The translations under genes were made by a program, and so were the position numbers. Source: Deltaproteobacteria bacterium (GTDB lineage Bacteria; Myxococcota; B64-G9). From it: DNA of 64,000 nucleotides. Under the pieces are notes generated by a model. The model had not been told where the DNA came from. It was given only the letters and a program-made list of their open reading frames with translations, and made no database searches. Shown one piece after another: positions 31,733 to 41,594 of the stretch. Position 1 is the first letter of the stretch. The number at the start of each line of letters is the position of its first letter. The DNA lies in the NCBI GenBank assembly GCA_016935365.1, contig JAFGRB010000067.1, positions 11,901 to 75,900 on the forward strand, in the 5' to 3' direction.

Positions 31733-33763
31733 CTACTTTCGCGTCCAGCGGTTCAACCACGCGAGCACGGTACGGTGCCACAGCCGTGAGTTCTGGGGCT
31801 TGCGCACCCAGTGGTTCTCGTCCGGGAAGTACAGGAGCTTGCTCTCGATCCCCTTTCGCTGCAGCGCGTTGAAGGTCGAGAAGGCCTCGGTCTCGACCAC
31901 CCTGAAGTCCAGGGCGCCCTGGATGACCAGCATGGGCGTCTTCCAGCGGGCGACGTGGCGCAATGGAGAGTTGCGCTCGTAGACCTCGCGGCTCTCCCAG
32001 GGCGTGCCCTGCATCTCCCACTCGGGGAACCACAGCTCCTCGGTGTTGAAGTAGGAGCTGGTCGTGTCGAAGTCGCCGTCGTGGTTGACCAGGCAGCGAA
32101 AGGGATGTTCCTGGCCCGCGATCCAGTTGATCATGTAGCCGCCGAAGGAAGCGCCCAGGGCGCACATGCGCTTGCGATCGATGAATCGATTCTTCTCGAG
32201 CACGTGCTCGAGTCCGGCCATCAGGTCCGAGTAGGGACCGGGCCCCCAGTTGCCGCGGATGGCGTCCACGAAGGCCTGGCCGTAGCTCGTCGAGCCGCGG
32301 AAATCGATCCCCACGACCGCGTAGCCCGCGCCGGCGTAGAACTGGGGGTTCCAGCGGTAGTGGAAGTCGTCGCCCCAGCAGCCCTGCGGGCCGCCATGGA
32401 TCAGGAAGGCGAGCGGGTAGCTTCGCCCCTTCTGCCAGCCCACCGGCTTGAGCAGCCAGCCGTGGATCCGAGATCCGTCGTGCTCGAACCAGAAATCCTC
32501 GGGCTCGCTCATGCGCACGCTCGCCAGGTGCGCGTCGTTGACGCGGCTCCGCCTTTGCGTATCGCCGCTGGCCGGGTTGTGGACGAAGACCTCTCGCGGG
32601 TGGACCATCCGGTCTCGCAGAAAGACGAGCTCCCCGGTGCGGGTCAGCGTGAGCGAGCTGTTGCTCCCCTCCTCGACGATGGCCTTGACCGCGCCGCTCG
32701 CCACGTCCACGGCGAAGATCTTGAGCCGCGCGTGCTCCGAGGCGGTCGCGTAGAGCGTCCGGCCGTCGGCCGACCAGATCATCTCGTTCACCGATCGATC
32801 CCAGTCCTTCGCGAGCGGCCGCTTGCGCCCGCTCGACAGGTCGTGGATCACGATGTGAAAGCGGTCCGCCTCGAAGCCCGGCCTGTCCATCGCCAGGTAG
32901 GCGAGCTGCTTGCCATCCGGCGAGAAGACCGGATGCGTGTCCCAGGCCGGGTTGGCGGAGGTCAGGCAGCTCGGCTTGCCCTTGCCCGACGCCGGCATCA
33001 GGTAGATCTCGGTGTTCGTGTGCCAGGCCTCGTTCTTCGACGGTTTGGAGGCGAAGGCCACCGTCTTGCCGTCGGGCGACCAGTCGAACTCGTCCGCTCC
33101 TCCCCACGGGACGGTGGGGGTGTCCTGGTCCCAGCCCGGGGTCAGATCGATGGGTTTTCCCGCCTCCAGGTCCATGACGAAGAGGTGGTTGCGCCGACCT
33201 TCGAACCAGCTGTCCCAGTGCCGGATCATCAGCCGGTCGAAGATGCGCGCCTTGACCTTGCTCTTTGCTAGCTCGGCCAGCCTGTCGGCCGTGCACTTGA
33301 GATCCTTGCAGTCCGGGAAGACCCGGGCCCAGAACAGCACCCGCCCATCGCCGGGCGCGAGCTCGAAGCCCTCGATGTCGACCGGCAAGGTCGTGACCTG
33401 GCACGCCTCGCCGCCATCCGCCGGCAGCCGCCAGATCTGCATCGAGCCCGAACGGCTGGACAGAAAGAGGATGGACCTCCCGTCGGCCGTCCAGCGGCCG
33501 TTCGTGTCCACCTCGGGCGTGAAGGTCAGGCGCCGGTGCTCGCCGCGGCTGTCGATCAGAGCCAGGTCCGTGTTGGAGCTGTTGGCCTCGATGTCGAAGC
33601 GGGTTTCGGAGACCAGGACCCGAGAGCCGTCGGGCGCGGGCCGGGGATCGGCCAGGCGCACCATGGCGAACATGTCCTCCCAGCCGAAGGGATGGGTCCT
33701 CGCAGGGCCGGCCGCCACCGCGCTGGCCCAGCCGAGAACCAAAAACAGGGCGAGTGTCTTCAT
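31733..33763 (-). CDS. S9-family serine peptidase (prolyl oligopeptidase/DPP type) with an N-terminal beta-propeller
   Basis: ATG (rc) at 33761-33763 follows GGAGG. Signal peptide MKTLALFLVLGWASAVAA. Propeller repeats ('WSPDGKTVAF', 'FSPDGKQLAY', 'WSADGRTLY'). Nucleophile elbow 'GASFGGYM'; 'QGALDFRV' (Asp); 'FPDENHWV' (His). The ORF-track start at 34060 is an upstream shadow. Confidence 0.9.
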   Translation of the reverse strand: MKTLALFLVLGWASAVAAGPARTHPFGWEDMFAMVRLADPRPAPDGSRVLVSETRFDIEANSSNTDLALIDSRGEHRRLTFTPEVDTNGRWTADGRSILFLSSRSGSMQIWRLPADGGEACQVTTLPVDIEGFELAPGDGRVLFWARVFPDCKDLKCTADRLAELAKSKVKARIFDRLMIRHWDSWFEGRRNHLFVMDLEAGKPIDLTPGWDQDTPTVPWGGADEFDWSPDGKTVAFASKPSKNEAWHTNTEIYLMPASGKGKPSCLTSANPAWDTHPVFSPDGKQLAYLAMDRPGFEADRFHIVIHDLSSGRKRPLAKDWDRSVNEMIWSADGRTLYATASEHARLKIFAVDVASGAVKAIVEEGSNSSLTLTRTGELVFLRDRMVHPREVFVHNPASGDTQRRSRVNDAHLASVRMSEPEDFWFEHDGSRIHGWLLKPVGWQKGRSYPLAFLIHGGPQGCWGDDFHYRWNPQFYAGAGYAVVGIDFRGSTSYGQAFVDAIRGNWGPGPYSDLMAGLEHVLEKNRFIDRKRMCALGASFGGYMINWIAGQEHPFRCLVNHDGDFDTTSSYFNTEELWFPEWEMQGTPWESREVYERNSPLRHVARWKTPMLVIQGALDFRVVETEAFSTFNALQRKGIESKLLYFPDENHWVRKPQNSRLWHRTVLAWLNRWTRK

Positions 33764-33780
33764 CTCGAGAACACCTCCTT

Positions 33781-34110
33781 CTAGAAGAGCCAGCGGAGCA
33801 GCAAGACCAGGCCGCCGGCCAGGCCCAGGAGCACGAGCACGCCGGACTCCTTGAGCGCCAGGACGAGCATGATCTGTCCCGTACCCAGCGTCGGAAAGAG
33901 CCAGCGAGCGTAGAAGACCGCCAGCACGAACAGCGCCACCACCGCGCCGCCGGCCACCGGCGCCGCCCCGGCGCCCTGCGACCCGAGCGCGAGCATGAGC
34001 ACCAGCGAGGTCTGGGCGACGACGTTGAAGAGCACCAGGACGTTCAGCAGCCACACCCACGTCCTTCCGCCTTTCTCAACCGCTCGTGGACCGCTGGCCT
34101 GCTCCGCCAT
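33781..34110 (-). CDS. Small integral membrane protein (109 aa, about 3 TM helices)
   Basis: ATG (rc) at 34108-34110. Three hydrophobic helices ('WVWLLNVLVLFNVVAQTSLVLMLAL', 'AVVALFVLAVFYARWLF', 'VLVLLGLAGGLVLLL'). Confidence 0.55.
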   Translation of the reverse strand: MAEQASGPRAVEKGGRTWVWLLNVLVLFNVVAQTSLVLMLALGSQGAGAAPVAGGAVVALFVLAVFYARWLFPTLGTGQIMLVLALKESGVLVLLGLAGGLVLLLRWLF

Positions 34111-34193
34111 TCCGGCTCGCCTCCGGCGCCACTCTAGCACCGCCCGCGCAAGGGCTTCAAGGCCGGGAGCCGGTGGTGTAGTCTCTTTCGAGC

Positions 34194-35375
34194 ATGGTCG
34201 GCAGACTCATCCTCCTGCTCGGGACGATCCTGGGCCTCCTGGTGGGCGGCCACTACCTGCTCTACGTATCGGCCGTGCGCGCCTTCGGCATTCAGCCGGG
34301 CCTGCTCCGCACCTGCCTGCTGGCCAGCGCCTTCGGGCTCTCGGCGAGCTTCCTCGTTACCATGCTCCTGGTCAAGCTCTGGCAGAGCCGGATCTCCCGC
34401 GCCTTCTACGTCCTGGCCGCCGTCTGGATGGGCCTGTTCATCCACCTCCTGCTGGTGGCCGGCGCCGGCTGGCTGGTCTCGACCGCAGCCCTGGCCTTGG
34501 GCCTGGACTTCCATCCCTGGACCGCCCTGGTCGCGATCGGCCTGGCGGTGGGCTTCACGGCCTGGGGGTACTGGAGAGCCCGCCACCCGCAGCTGCGGCG
34601 ATACGAGCTGGCCATTCGAGGCCTGCCGCAGGCCTGGCAGGGACGCGTGCTGGTCCAGCTCTCCGATCTCCATCTCGGGCCCGTTCACGGCGTCGCGTTC
34701 ATGCGCCGGGTAGCCAGGCAGGTCCGGGCTCTGGATCCCTTCCTGGTCGTCATCACCGGCGATCTCATCGACGGCCTGGGAGGGGACTTCCCCTCCCTGC
34801 TCCCGGCCATCGACAGCCTCGAGGCCGAAGGCGGCGTCTTCTTCGTCGCGGGCAACCACGAGCTCTACAGCCGGGCCGGGCCCGCGCTGGAGCGGACCCG
34901 GCTCCGCGTGCTCGACCGCGAGGTGGTGGAGGTGGAGGGTGTCCAGATCGCCGGGGTGGCCTATCCCGGCCTATCGGGCGAGGCGGAGCTGGCGGCCTTC
35001 CGACGCGCGCTCGCAGCGGACAGGGCGAGCATCCTGCTCTTCCACACGCCGACCGACATCGTGCAGCGCGGCGTGGGCGCGACCGACCAGCACTTCTCTA
35101 CCTACTGGACGCCCGACACCACCTGTCGGCTGAACCGAGAGCTGGGCTTCGACCTGCAGCTATCCGGTCACACCCACGCCGGCCAGATCTTCCCCTTCGG
35201 CCTCCTCAGCCGACTGATCTACAGGGGACGCGACCGAGGTCTGCACCGCTCGGGCTCCTTTTCCCTGCACGTGTCCTCGGGCACGGGCACCTTCGGTCCC
35301 CCCCTGCGCACCAGCGCGTGCAGCGAGATCGTCGCCTTCACCCTGGTTGACGGCCGTCGCCCGCCCGGCGTATGA
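34194..35375 (+). CDS. Membrane-anchored metallophosphoesterase (calcineurin-like)
   Basis: Four or five N-terminal TM helices. Motifs: 'QLSDLHLG', 'VVITGDLIDG', 'FFVAGNHE', 'LLFHTP', 'LSGHTHAGQ'. Confidence 0.87.
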   Translation: MVGRLILLLGTILGLLVGGHYLLYVSAVRAFGIQPGLLRTCLLASAFGLSASFLVTMLLVKLWQSRISRAFYVLAAVWMGLFIHLLLVAGAGWLVSTAALALGLDFHPWTALVAIGLAVGFTAWGYWRARHPQLRRYELAIRGLPQAWQGRVLVQLSDLHLGPVHGVAFMRRVARQVRALDPFLVVITGDLIDGLGGDFPSLLPAIDSLEAEGGVFFVAGNHELYSRAGPALERTRLRVLDREVVEVEGVQIAGVAYPGLSGEAELAAFRRALAADRASILLFHTPTDIVQRGVGATDQHFSTYWTPDTTCRLNRELGFDLQLSGHTHAGQIFPFGLLSRLIYRGRDRGLHRSGSFSLHVSSGTGTFGPPLRTSACSEIVAFTLVDGRRPPGV

Positions 35376-35384
35376 TCATCTGCC

Positions 35385-36218
35385 ATGGGAGAGGGCCCCG
35401 GCAACACGCGCGGTGAGAAGCTCAACCAGCGCGGGATCGAGCTCGCGGATCGCGGCTGGCTCGACGAGGCGCTGTGCGAGTTCGACCGGGCCATCGAGCT
35501 CGACGGCCAGGATCCCTTCCCGCGCATCAACCGCGCGAGCGTCTATGTGGAGCAGGGTCGGATGCTGGACGCGCTGGAGGACCTGCTGGCCGCGGTGAAG
35601 CTGGCGCCCGACGACCCCACGACCCACTACCACCTGGGGGCCCTGCTGACGGGCTACGGTCACCAGCTCGGCAAGCGGGAGCTGCAGATCTCGCTGGCCA
35701 TGGATCCCGACCAGGTGGACGCCCTGCTGGAGCTGGGCGTGTGCAGCGCCGACATCGGCGAGTTCGAGGAGGCCGAGCAGGCTTTTCGCTCGGCGCTGGA
35801 GCTGGATCCGGACGACGGCCTGGCCCGGCGCGAGCTGGGGGTGCTGCTGCTGGATCGCGGCGAGGTCCACGAGGCCATCGAGCACCTCAAGACGGCCCGG
35901 CAGCAGCTCGGCAGCGCCGAGGCTGAGGTGGACCTGGGCCTGGCCTACCTGCAGGCAGGCTTCCTCGACAAGGCCGAGAGCCTGCTCGTCGAGGTCCTGG
36001 CCAGCGATGAGGACAATATCTTCGCCCACTACAACCTGGCGGCCATCTACGCGCACCAGGGCAGGGTCGACGCCTGCCTGCTCCACCTGCAGCGCGCCGC
36101 CGAGATCCACGCCCCATCGGTCCGGGAGTGGCTGCGAGACGATCCCTTTTTCGAGGCCGTCCGCCGCGAGGAGCCCTTCCAGCGCTTCGCAAGCGCGGCC
36201 ATACCAGATATGGGGTGA
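35385..36218 (+). CDS. TPR-repeat protein
   Basis: Six or seven 34-aa TPR-like units ('GWLDEALCEFDRAIELDGQDP', 'FEEAEQAFRSALELDPDDG', 'VHEAIEHLKTA'). Confidence 0.85.
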   Translation: MGEGPGNTRGEKLNQRGIELADRGWLDEALCEFDRAIELDGQDPFPRINRASVYVEQGRMLDALEDLLAAVKLAPDDPTTHYHLGALLTGYGHQLGKRELQISLAMDPDQVDALLELGVCSADIGEFEEAEQAFRSALELDPDDGLARRELGVLLLDRGEVHEAIEHLKTARQQLGSAEAEVDLGLAYLQAGFLDKAESLLVEVLASDEDNIFAHYNLAAIYAHQGRVDACLLHLQRAAEIHAPSVREWLRDDPFFEAVRREEPFQRFASAAIPDMG

Positions 36219-36340
36219 GGGGCCGGGGCTACCCCATCCGGATGTGGATCGAGGGCACTTTTTCCCTTTACAGGGACGTGAGGCTGTGCTAGTTCTCTTG
36301 CTCGCTTCGATATCAGCTAAAGATCAAGGCGATACGCAGA

Positions 36341-36380
36341 TTGAAAACACACTACATGACGTTACATTGCGCTATATAAT
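36341..36380 (+). promoter_or_regulatory. Candidate sigma70-like promoter elements upstream of smc
   Basis: A locally AT-rich 177-bp gap contains TTGAAA (36341-36346), a 16-nt spacer and TACATT (36363-36368), plus a consensus TATAAT at 36375-36380. The motifs are seen by eye only, and myxobacterial promoters often deviate from this pattern. Confidence 0.25.
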
Positions 36381-36395
36381 CACCGAGGCCCAGAC

Positions 36396-39300
36396 GTGAA
36401 GATCCGAAAGCTCGACATCATCGGCTTCAAGTCCTTCACCGAGCGTACGCGCTTGCGTTTCGACGATGGGATCACCGGCATCGTGGGCCCCAACGGCTGC
36501 GGCAAGTCCAATGTGGTCGATGCCATCCGCTGGGTCATGGGCGAGCAGAGCGCCCGCAAGCTGCGTGGCAAGTTCATGGAGGACGTCATCTTCGCGGGCA
36601 GCGAGACCCGGCCGCCCATGGGCATGGCCGAGGTGATGCTGACCTTCGAGAACGACGGCCGCAACATGCCCCCCGAGTATGCCGACTACCCGGAGATCCG
36701 GGTCGGCCGGCGGCTCTTCCGCTCCGGCGAGAGCGAGTACACGATCAACCGCACGGCCTGTCGCTTGCTGGACGTCCAGGAGCTCTTCATGGGCACCGGC
36801 GTGGGCACGCGGGCATACTCCATCATCGGCCAGGGCCAGATCGGTCTGCTCGTCAGCCAGAAGCCCACCGAGCGGCGCTCGCTCATCGAGGAGGCCGCCG
36901 GCGTCAGCAAGTACAAGGCCCGCCGCAAGGTGGCCGAGCGCAAGATGGAGTACACGCGCCAGAACCTGCTCCGGGTCCAGGACGTGCTCCTGGAGATCCG
37001 GCGCAGCATGGGCTCGCTGCAACGCCAGGCCCGCAAGGCTGCGCGCTACCACAAGCTCAGGGGCCAGCTCCGCGAGATCGAGCTCCACGATGCGGCCCAT
37101 CGCTGCCTCGAGCTGCAGGCCTTGCAGCGCCATGCGCACGGCAAGCAGCAGCGGCTGCAGATGCGCGAGGCCGAGCTCCACAGCCAGATTGCGCGGCTCG
37201 ATGCATCCGTGGAGCAAGGCCGGACTGTGCTGCTCGACGAGGACCGCGGGCTCGCCGATCTCCAGGAGCGCCTGCTCTCGACGGACAACCAGATCCGGCT
37301 CTGCGAGCAGAACGTCGAGTTCCTCAGCCGGGAGGTGGAGGGGCTGACCCAGCGAGGCCAGGAGACCGCGCAGGAGGTCCAGGCCCTGCGCGGCCAGCTC
37401 AAGGAGCTTTCGGGCGAGGTGGAGCGAGCGGAGCAGGAGAGAGACGAGCTGGCCGAGCTCGCCCGGACGGCGGCCAGACGCCTGGACGAAAGAGAGCAAG
37501 TGCGCGCCCGCCAGGCGACCGAGGTCGAGCGGATGGAGCGCCAGATCGACTCCGATCGCCAGGCCCGGGAGCGGCTGGGAGAGGAAGCGGCCGAGCTGCG
37601 CGGTCGCCTGGCACAGCTCCAGCAGCGCATCCTGGACATCCAGAGCCGGCTCGGTCAGGCCACCGGAGAGCGCAGCGCGCTGGACGAGCGCATCGCGGAG
37701 ATGAAGTCTCGCAAGAGCTCCGGGTCGGAGCGCTTGACCGAGCTTCGCCAGCTCCACCTCGACCTGGTCCAGAGACGCGAGTTCGAGGAGAACGCCCTCG
37801 TCGAGCTCCAGAGCCAGGCCCGGGAGAACGAAGCGCGGGGCATGGCGCTGCGGGAGGAGATCGAGCGCCGCCGATCGAGGCTGGAGTCGCTGCAGGAGAT
37901 CGAGCGCAACTACGAGGGCTGCCTCAGCGGCGTGCAGTGCGTGATGCGCCATGCGCGCGAGGACGACCAGTTCGTCGGCCTGGTGGCCGACATCCTGCAA
38001 GCCCCGCCGCGCTACGAGACGGCCGTGCAGGCCGTGCTGGGCGACCGCTTGCAGAGCGTGATCGTCAAGTCGCAGCAGGCCGGCCTGGAGGCGGTCGACT
38101 ACTTGAAGTCCGAGAGCGAGGGGCGCTCCTCCTTCATCCCGATGGACCTGCGGCCGTCGGGCCGTCGCGAGGATGCCCTCGTGAGCGGTCCTGGCGTCAT
38201 CGGGCCCATCCAGCGCCTGCTGGACTACCGGAGCGAGTACGATCGCGTGGTGGACTACCTGCTGGGCGACGTGGTGCTGGTCGAGGATCTCTCGACCGCC
38301 CTGCAGGTCTGGTCTGCCAACGGCCACCGCGCCACCCTCGTCACGCTGGACGGGGAGATCCTCGAGCCCCAGGGCGTGCTCACCGGCGGTTCGCTGGAGG
38401 GAGCCGGGACCCATCTGCTCGAGAGCAAGCGGGAGATCCGCGAGCTGACCGACAGGCTCCAGTCCCTCGAAGCCGAGCATCGCATGGTTCAGGATCGCCA
38501 GGGCAAGCTCCGCTCGCGCATCGCGTCCTGTCAGGCCGCGATCGACAGCCTGCGCGACAACTCCCACGACGAGGAGATCCGGATCGTCGATCAGAAAAAG
38601 GACCTCGGCCACCTCGACGAGCAGCTCGCCCAGACGGAGGATCGCGCCCGCGATCTCGTGGAGGAGCACGGCAGGTTCCAGGACGAGCTGGCGAGCGCTC
38701 GCCAGGAGAAGGAGCAGACGACCCGGCGCATCGACGAGCTGCGCGCCCGCCAGGAGGAGATCGCGGCCGGGATCCGCTCGACCCGCGATCGCAGCGAGAA
38801 GGAAAAGGGCGTGCTCGCGGAGCTGGTCCAGGAAGTGACCGAGCTGCGGGTCCAGTCGGCCTCGGCCGAGGAGCGCTGCGAGTCGAGCCGCCGCAACCTG
38901 GAGCACTTGTTTCGCACCCGTCAGGATCTGGAGTCGCGGGTCGAGAAGCTCCACTCGGCCATCTCCAGCGGCAACATCCAGTCGATCGAGGGCAAGCAGA
39001 GGATCGAGGACAGCCAGCAGGAGATCTCCACGCTGCTGGCCACGAAGGAGCGGCAGCAGACCGAGCTCGCAGCCCGCCGCAGCTCCTACGAGAAGCAACT
39101 GGCCGCGGTCCAGGCCGAGCAGGACCAGGTCAAGTCGCTGCGGCGTGAACTCGAATCGACCGGGCTCGAGCTGAGCCAGACCAACCTGCACCTGCAGGAG
39201 ATCGAGCTCGGCTTGCAGCACCTGCGCGACGACGTGCGGCGTCAACACAAGGCCGAGCTGTTCGAGTGTCTGTCCGCGTTTCACCTCTTACCGCCCCCCG

Positions 39301-39977
39301 GAGAGGGGGCCCTGCAGCGCGCCCAGAAGATCCGGCACGATCTGGACCGAATGGGCGACGTGAATCCCAATGCCGTGGAGGAGTACGAGCAGCAAAGGGA
39401 GCGCCACGACTTCCTCAGCACACAGGCCGAGGACCTGAGCGAGTCGCTGGACAAGCTTCAGAAGGTGATCGTCAAGATCAACCGCACCAGCCGCAAGCGT
39501 TTCAAGGAGGCCTTCGAAAGCATCAATGCGAAGTTCACGGAGGTCTTTCCGCGGTTGTTCCGCGGCGGGCGCGCCCATCTGAGCCTGGACGAGAACCAGG
39601 ATCTGCTCGAGGCCGGCGTGGAGATCGCGGTCCAGCCGCCGGGCAAGAAGCTGCAGAACATCGAGCTGCTGTCCGGCGGCGAGAAGGCCCTGACCGCGGT
39701 CGCCTTGCTCTTCAGCATCTTCCTCGTCAAGCCCACGCCTTTCTGCCTGCTCGACGAGGTCGATGCCCCGCTGGACGACGTGAACATCGACCGGTTCAAC
39801 GCCATGGTCAAGGAGATGTCCGCGAGCAGCCAGTTCATCTTGATCACCCACAACAAGCGGACCATGGAGATGCTCGACCGGCTCTACGGCGTGACCATGG
39901 AGGAGCCCGGCATCTCGACCATCGTGACGGTCCGGCTGACCGACGGCTCGGCCGACGCACTCAAGAAGGCCGGCTGA
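36396..39977 (+). CDS. smc: Chromosome partition protein Smc
   Basis: GTG start. N-terminal 'MKIRKLDIIGFKSFTERTRLRFDDGITGIVGPNGCGKSNVVDAIRWVMGEQSA'. Long coiled coils flank a hinge ('GLVADILQAPPRYETAVQAVLGDRLQSVIV'). The C-terminus has signature 'LSGGEKALTAVALLF' and Walker B 'FCLLDEVDAPLD'. Confidence 0.97.
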   Translation: MKIRKLDIIGFKSFTERTRLRFDDGITGIVGPNGCGKSNVVDAIRWVMGEQSARKLRGKFMEDVIFAGSETRPPMGMAEVMLTFENDGRNMPPEYADYPEIRVGRRLFRSGESEYTINRTACRLLDVQELFMGTGVGTRAYSIIGQGQIGLLVSQKPTERRSLIEEAAGVSKYKARRKVAERKMEYTRQNLLRVQDVLLEIRRSMGSLQRQARKAARYHKLRGQLREIELHDAAHRCLELQALQRHAHGKQQRLQMREAELHSQIARLDASVEQGRTVLLDEDRGLADLQERLLSTDNQIRLCEQNVEFLSREVEGLTQRGQETAQEVQALRGQLKELSGEVERAEQERDELAELARTAARRLDEREQVRARQATEVERMERQIDSDRQARERLGEEAAELRGRLAQLQQRILDIQSRLGQATGERSALDERIAEMKSRKSSGSERLTELRQLHLDLVQRREFEENALVELQSQARENEARGMALREEIERRRSRLESLQEIERNYEGCLSGVQCVMRHAREDDQFVGLVADILQAPPRYETAVQAVLGDRLQSVIVKSQQAGLEAVDYLKSESEGRSSFIPMDLRPSGRREDALVSGPGVIGPIQRLLDYRSEYDRVVDYLLGDVVLVEDLSTALQVWSANGHRATLVTLDGEILEPQGVLTGGSLEGAGTHLLESKREIRELTDRLQSLEAEHRMVQDRQGKLRSRIASCQAAIDSLRDNSHDEEIRIVDQKKDLGHLDEQLAQTEDRARDLVEEHGRFQDELASARQEKEQTTRRIDELRARQEEIAAGIRSTRDRSEKEKGVLAELVQEVTELRVQSASAEERCESSRRNLEHLFRTRQDLESRVEKLHSAISSGNIQSIEGKQRIEDSQQEISTLLATKERQQTELAARRSSYEKQLAAVQAEQDQVKSLRRELESTGLELSQTNLHLQEIELGLQHLRDDVRRQHKAELFECLSAFHLLPPPGEGALQRAQKIRHDLDRMGDVNPNAVEEYEQQRERHDFLSTQAEDLSESLDKLQKVIVKINRTSRKRFKEAFESINAKFTEVFPRLFRGGRAHLSLDENQDLLEAGVEIAVQPPGKKLQNIELLSGGEKALTAVALLFSIFLVKPTPFCLLDEVDAPLDDVNIDRFNAMVKEMSASSQFILITHNKRTMEMLDRLYGVTMEEPGISTIVTVRLTDGSADALKKAG

Positions 39978-39988
39978 GGCAAGCTGTC

Positions 39989-41590
39989 ATGCCCTGGCTC
40001 GTCCGCTTCAACCTGGCCTCCGTGGCGGAGAAGGCCGAAGGCGGTAGCGACGCGTTCGCCATCGTCATGCTGGTGCTGGTGCTGGCCTTCTTCGCCTGGC
40101 TGGCCTTTGCGGTCGTGCGCAAGCTGCTGCGCCGCGACCGCTTCGCGGACATGACCGAGGACGAGGCCGAGGCCGCGCGGACGGCGCGCCTGTGGGCCGA
40201 GGCGCGGAGGGGGGCCGAGGAGGAGGAAGAAGAGGAGGAGGAGGAAGAGGAGGAGCCCGATGTCGACATCCAGACCGAGATGATCGAGAGGGCCCGCCAG
40301 CGCCGGACCGAGCGCCGGGACCGCGATCTCGAGTCGAGAGAGCTGAGCCAGCAGGCCCTGCGCGCCTCGGCAGAGCCCGAAGCCGAGCCCGAAGCCGAGC
40401 TCGGAGCCGAGCCTGGAGCCGAGCGTGGAGCAAGGCCTGAAGCCGAGCCCGGAGCCGAGCCTGGAGCCGAGCGTGGAGCAAGGCCTGAAGCCGAGCTCGG
40501 AGCTGAGCCTGGAGCCTATCCTGGAGCAAGACCCGGAGCCGAGCCTGGAGCAAGGCCTGGCCCCGAGCCTGGAGCAGAACCTGGAGCAAGACCCGAAGCT
40601 GAGCCTGGACCAGTGCCTGGAGCCGAGTTCGAAGCCGAGGAGCCCGTAGCAGACCTCGGAGCCGAGCCAGAGGCCGAGGCGCCGGCCGCGCCGCGGAGCC
40701 TCGAGGACGGCCTCAAGAAGACCCGCGAGGGCTTCGTCTCCCGGCTGACCCGCATGTTCGGCCGCAGTCGGCTCAGCGAGGACGAGGTCGAGGAGATCGA
40801 GGAGCTGCTCTTCACGGCCGACATCGGCGTGCGCACGGCCCAGAAGCTGGTCGACTTCATCCAGTCAGAGATAGGCCGAAAGGAACGCGCCGATCCGTCC
40901 AGGCTGCTCGAGTCGCTCAAGGAGCGCATCCGCTCCATGCTGTCCATCGAGGCGCCCGCGCTGGACATCTCGGCCAGCCGCCCATTCGTCATGCTGGTCG
41001 TGGGGGTCAACGGCACCGGCAAGACGACCACGATCGGCAAGCTCGCCATGAAGTACACCCGCGAGGGCAAGAAAGTCATCCTGGCGGCGGGCGACACCTT
41101 CCGGGCGGCCGCTTCCGAGCAGCTCGAGATCTGGGGCCAGCGGGCGCGCGCCGAAGTCGTCCGGGGTCAGCACGGCGCCGATCCCGGCGCGGTCATCTTC
41201 GACGCCATCAGCCGGGCCCGCAGCCAGGGTGCCGACCTGGTCATCGCCGACACGGCCGGCAGGCTGCACACGAAGCGCAATTTGATCGAGGAGCTCAAGA
41301 AAGTCCACCGGGTCTGCGGCAAGGCCGCGGACGGTGCGCCCCACGAGGTCGTCCTGGTGCTCGACGCCACCACCGGCCAGAACGCCATCAACCAGGCCAA
41401 GCAGTTCCACAAGGCCCTGGAGGTCAGCGGGCTCGTGCTCACCAAGCTCGACGGCACGGCCAAGGGCGGCGTGATCATCGGCATCGCCGACAGCTTCGGC
41501 ATCCCGGTGCGCTTCATCGGCATCGGCGAGCAAGCCGAAGACCTGCGCCCCTTCGATCCCGAGGCCTTCGTCAAGGCCATGTTCGCCTGA
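39989..41590 (+). CDS. ftsY: Signal-recognition-particle receptor FtsY with an extended repetitive acidic N-terminal region
   Basis: ATG 39989. NG domain motifs: 'VMLVVGVNGTGKTTTIGKLA', 'GDTFRAAA', 'DTAGRLH', 'TKLDGTAKGG'. The N-terminus has a TM helix, a run of 13 Glu (40217-40255) and Ala/Glu/Pro/Gly repeats. Confidence 0.93.
   Translation: MPWLVRFNLASVAEKAEGGSDAFAIVMLVLVLAFFAWLAFAVVRKLLRRDRFADMTEDEAEAARTARLWAEARRGAEEEEEEEEEEEEEPDVDIQTEMIERARQRRTERRDRDLESRELSQQALRASAEPEAEPEAELGAEPGAERGARPEAEPGAEPGAERGARPEAELGAEPGAYPGARPGAEPGARPGPEPGAEPGARPEAEPGPVPGAEFEAEEPVADLGAEPEAEAPAAPRSLEDGLKKTREGFVSRLTRMFGRSRLSEDEVEEIEELLFTADIGVRTAQKLVDFIQSEIGRKERADPSRLLESLKERIRSMLSIEAPALDISASRPFVMLVVGVNGTGKTTTIGKLAMKYTREGKKVILAAGDTFRAAASEQLEIWGQRARAEVVRGQHGADPGAVIFDAISRARSQGADLVIADTAGRLHTKRNLIEELKKVHRVCGKAADGAPHEVVLVLDATTGQNAINQAKQFHKALEVSGLVLTKLDGTAKGGVIIGIADSFGIPVRFIGIGEQAEDLRPFDPEAFVKAMFA
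40372..40640 (+). repeat. In-frame tandem repeats in the ftsY A-domain (48-bp unit plus degenerate 12-24-bp units)
   Basis: 40409-40456 and 40457-40504 are 48-bp copies with 2 mismatches ('EPGAERGARPEAEPGA'). They are flanked by degenerate GAGCCTGGAGC-type units. Confidence 0.8.
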
Positions 41591-41594
41591 ACGC

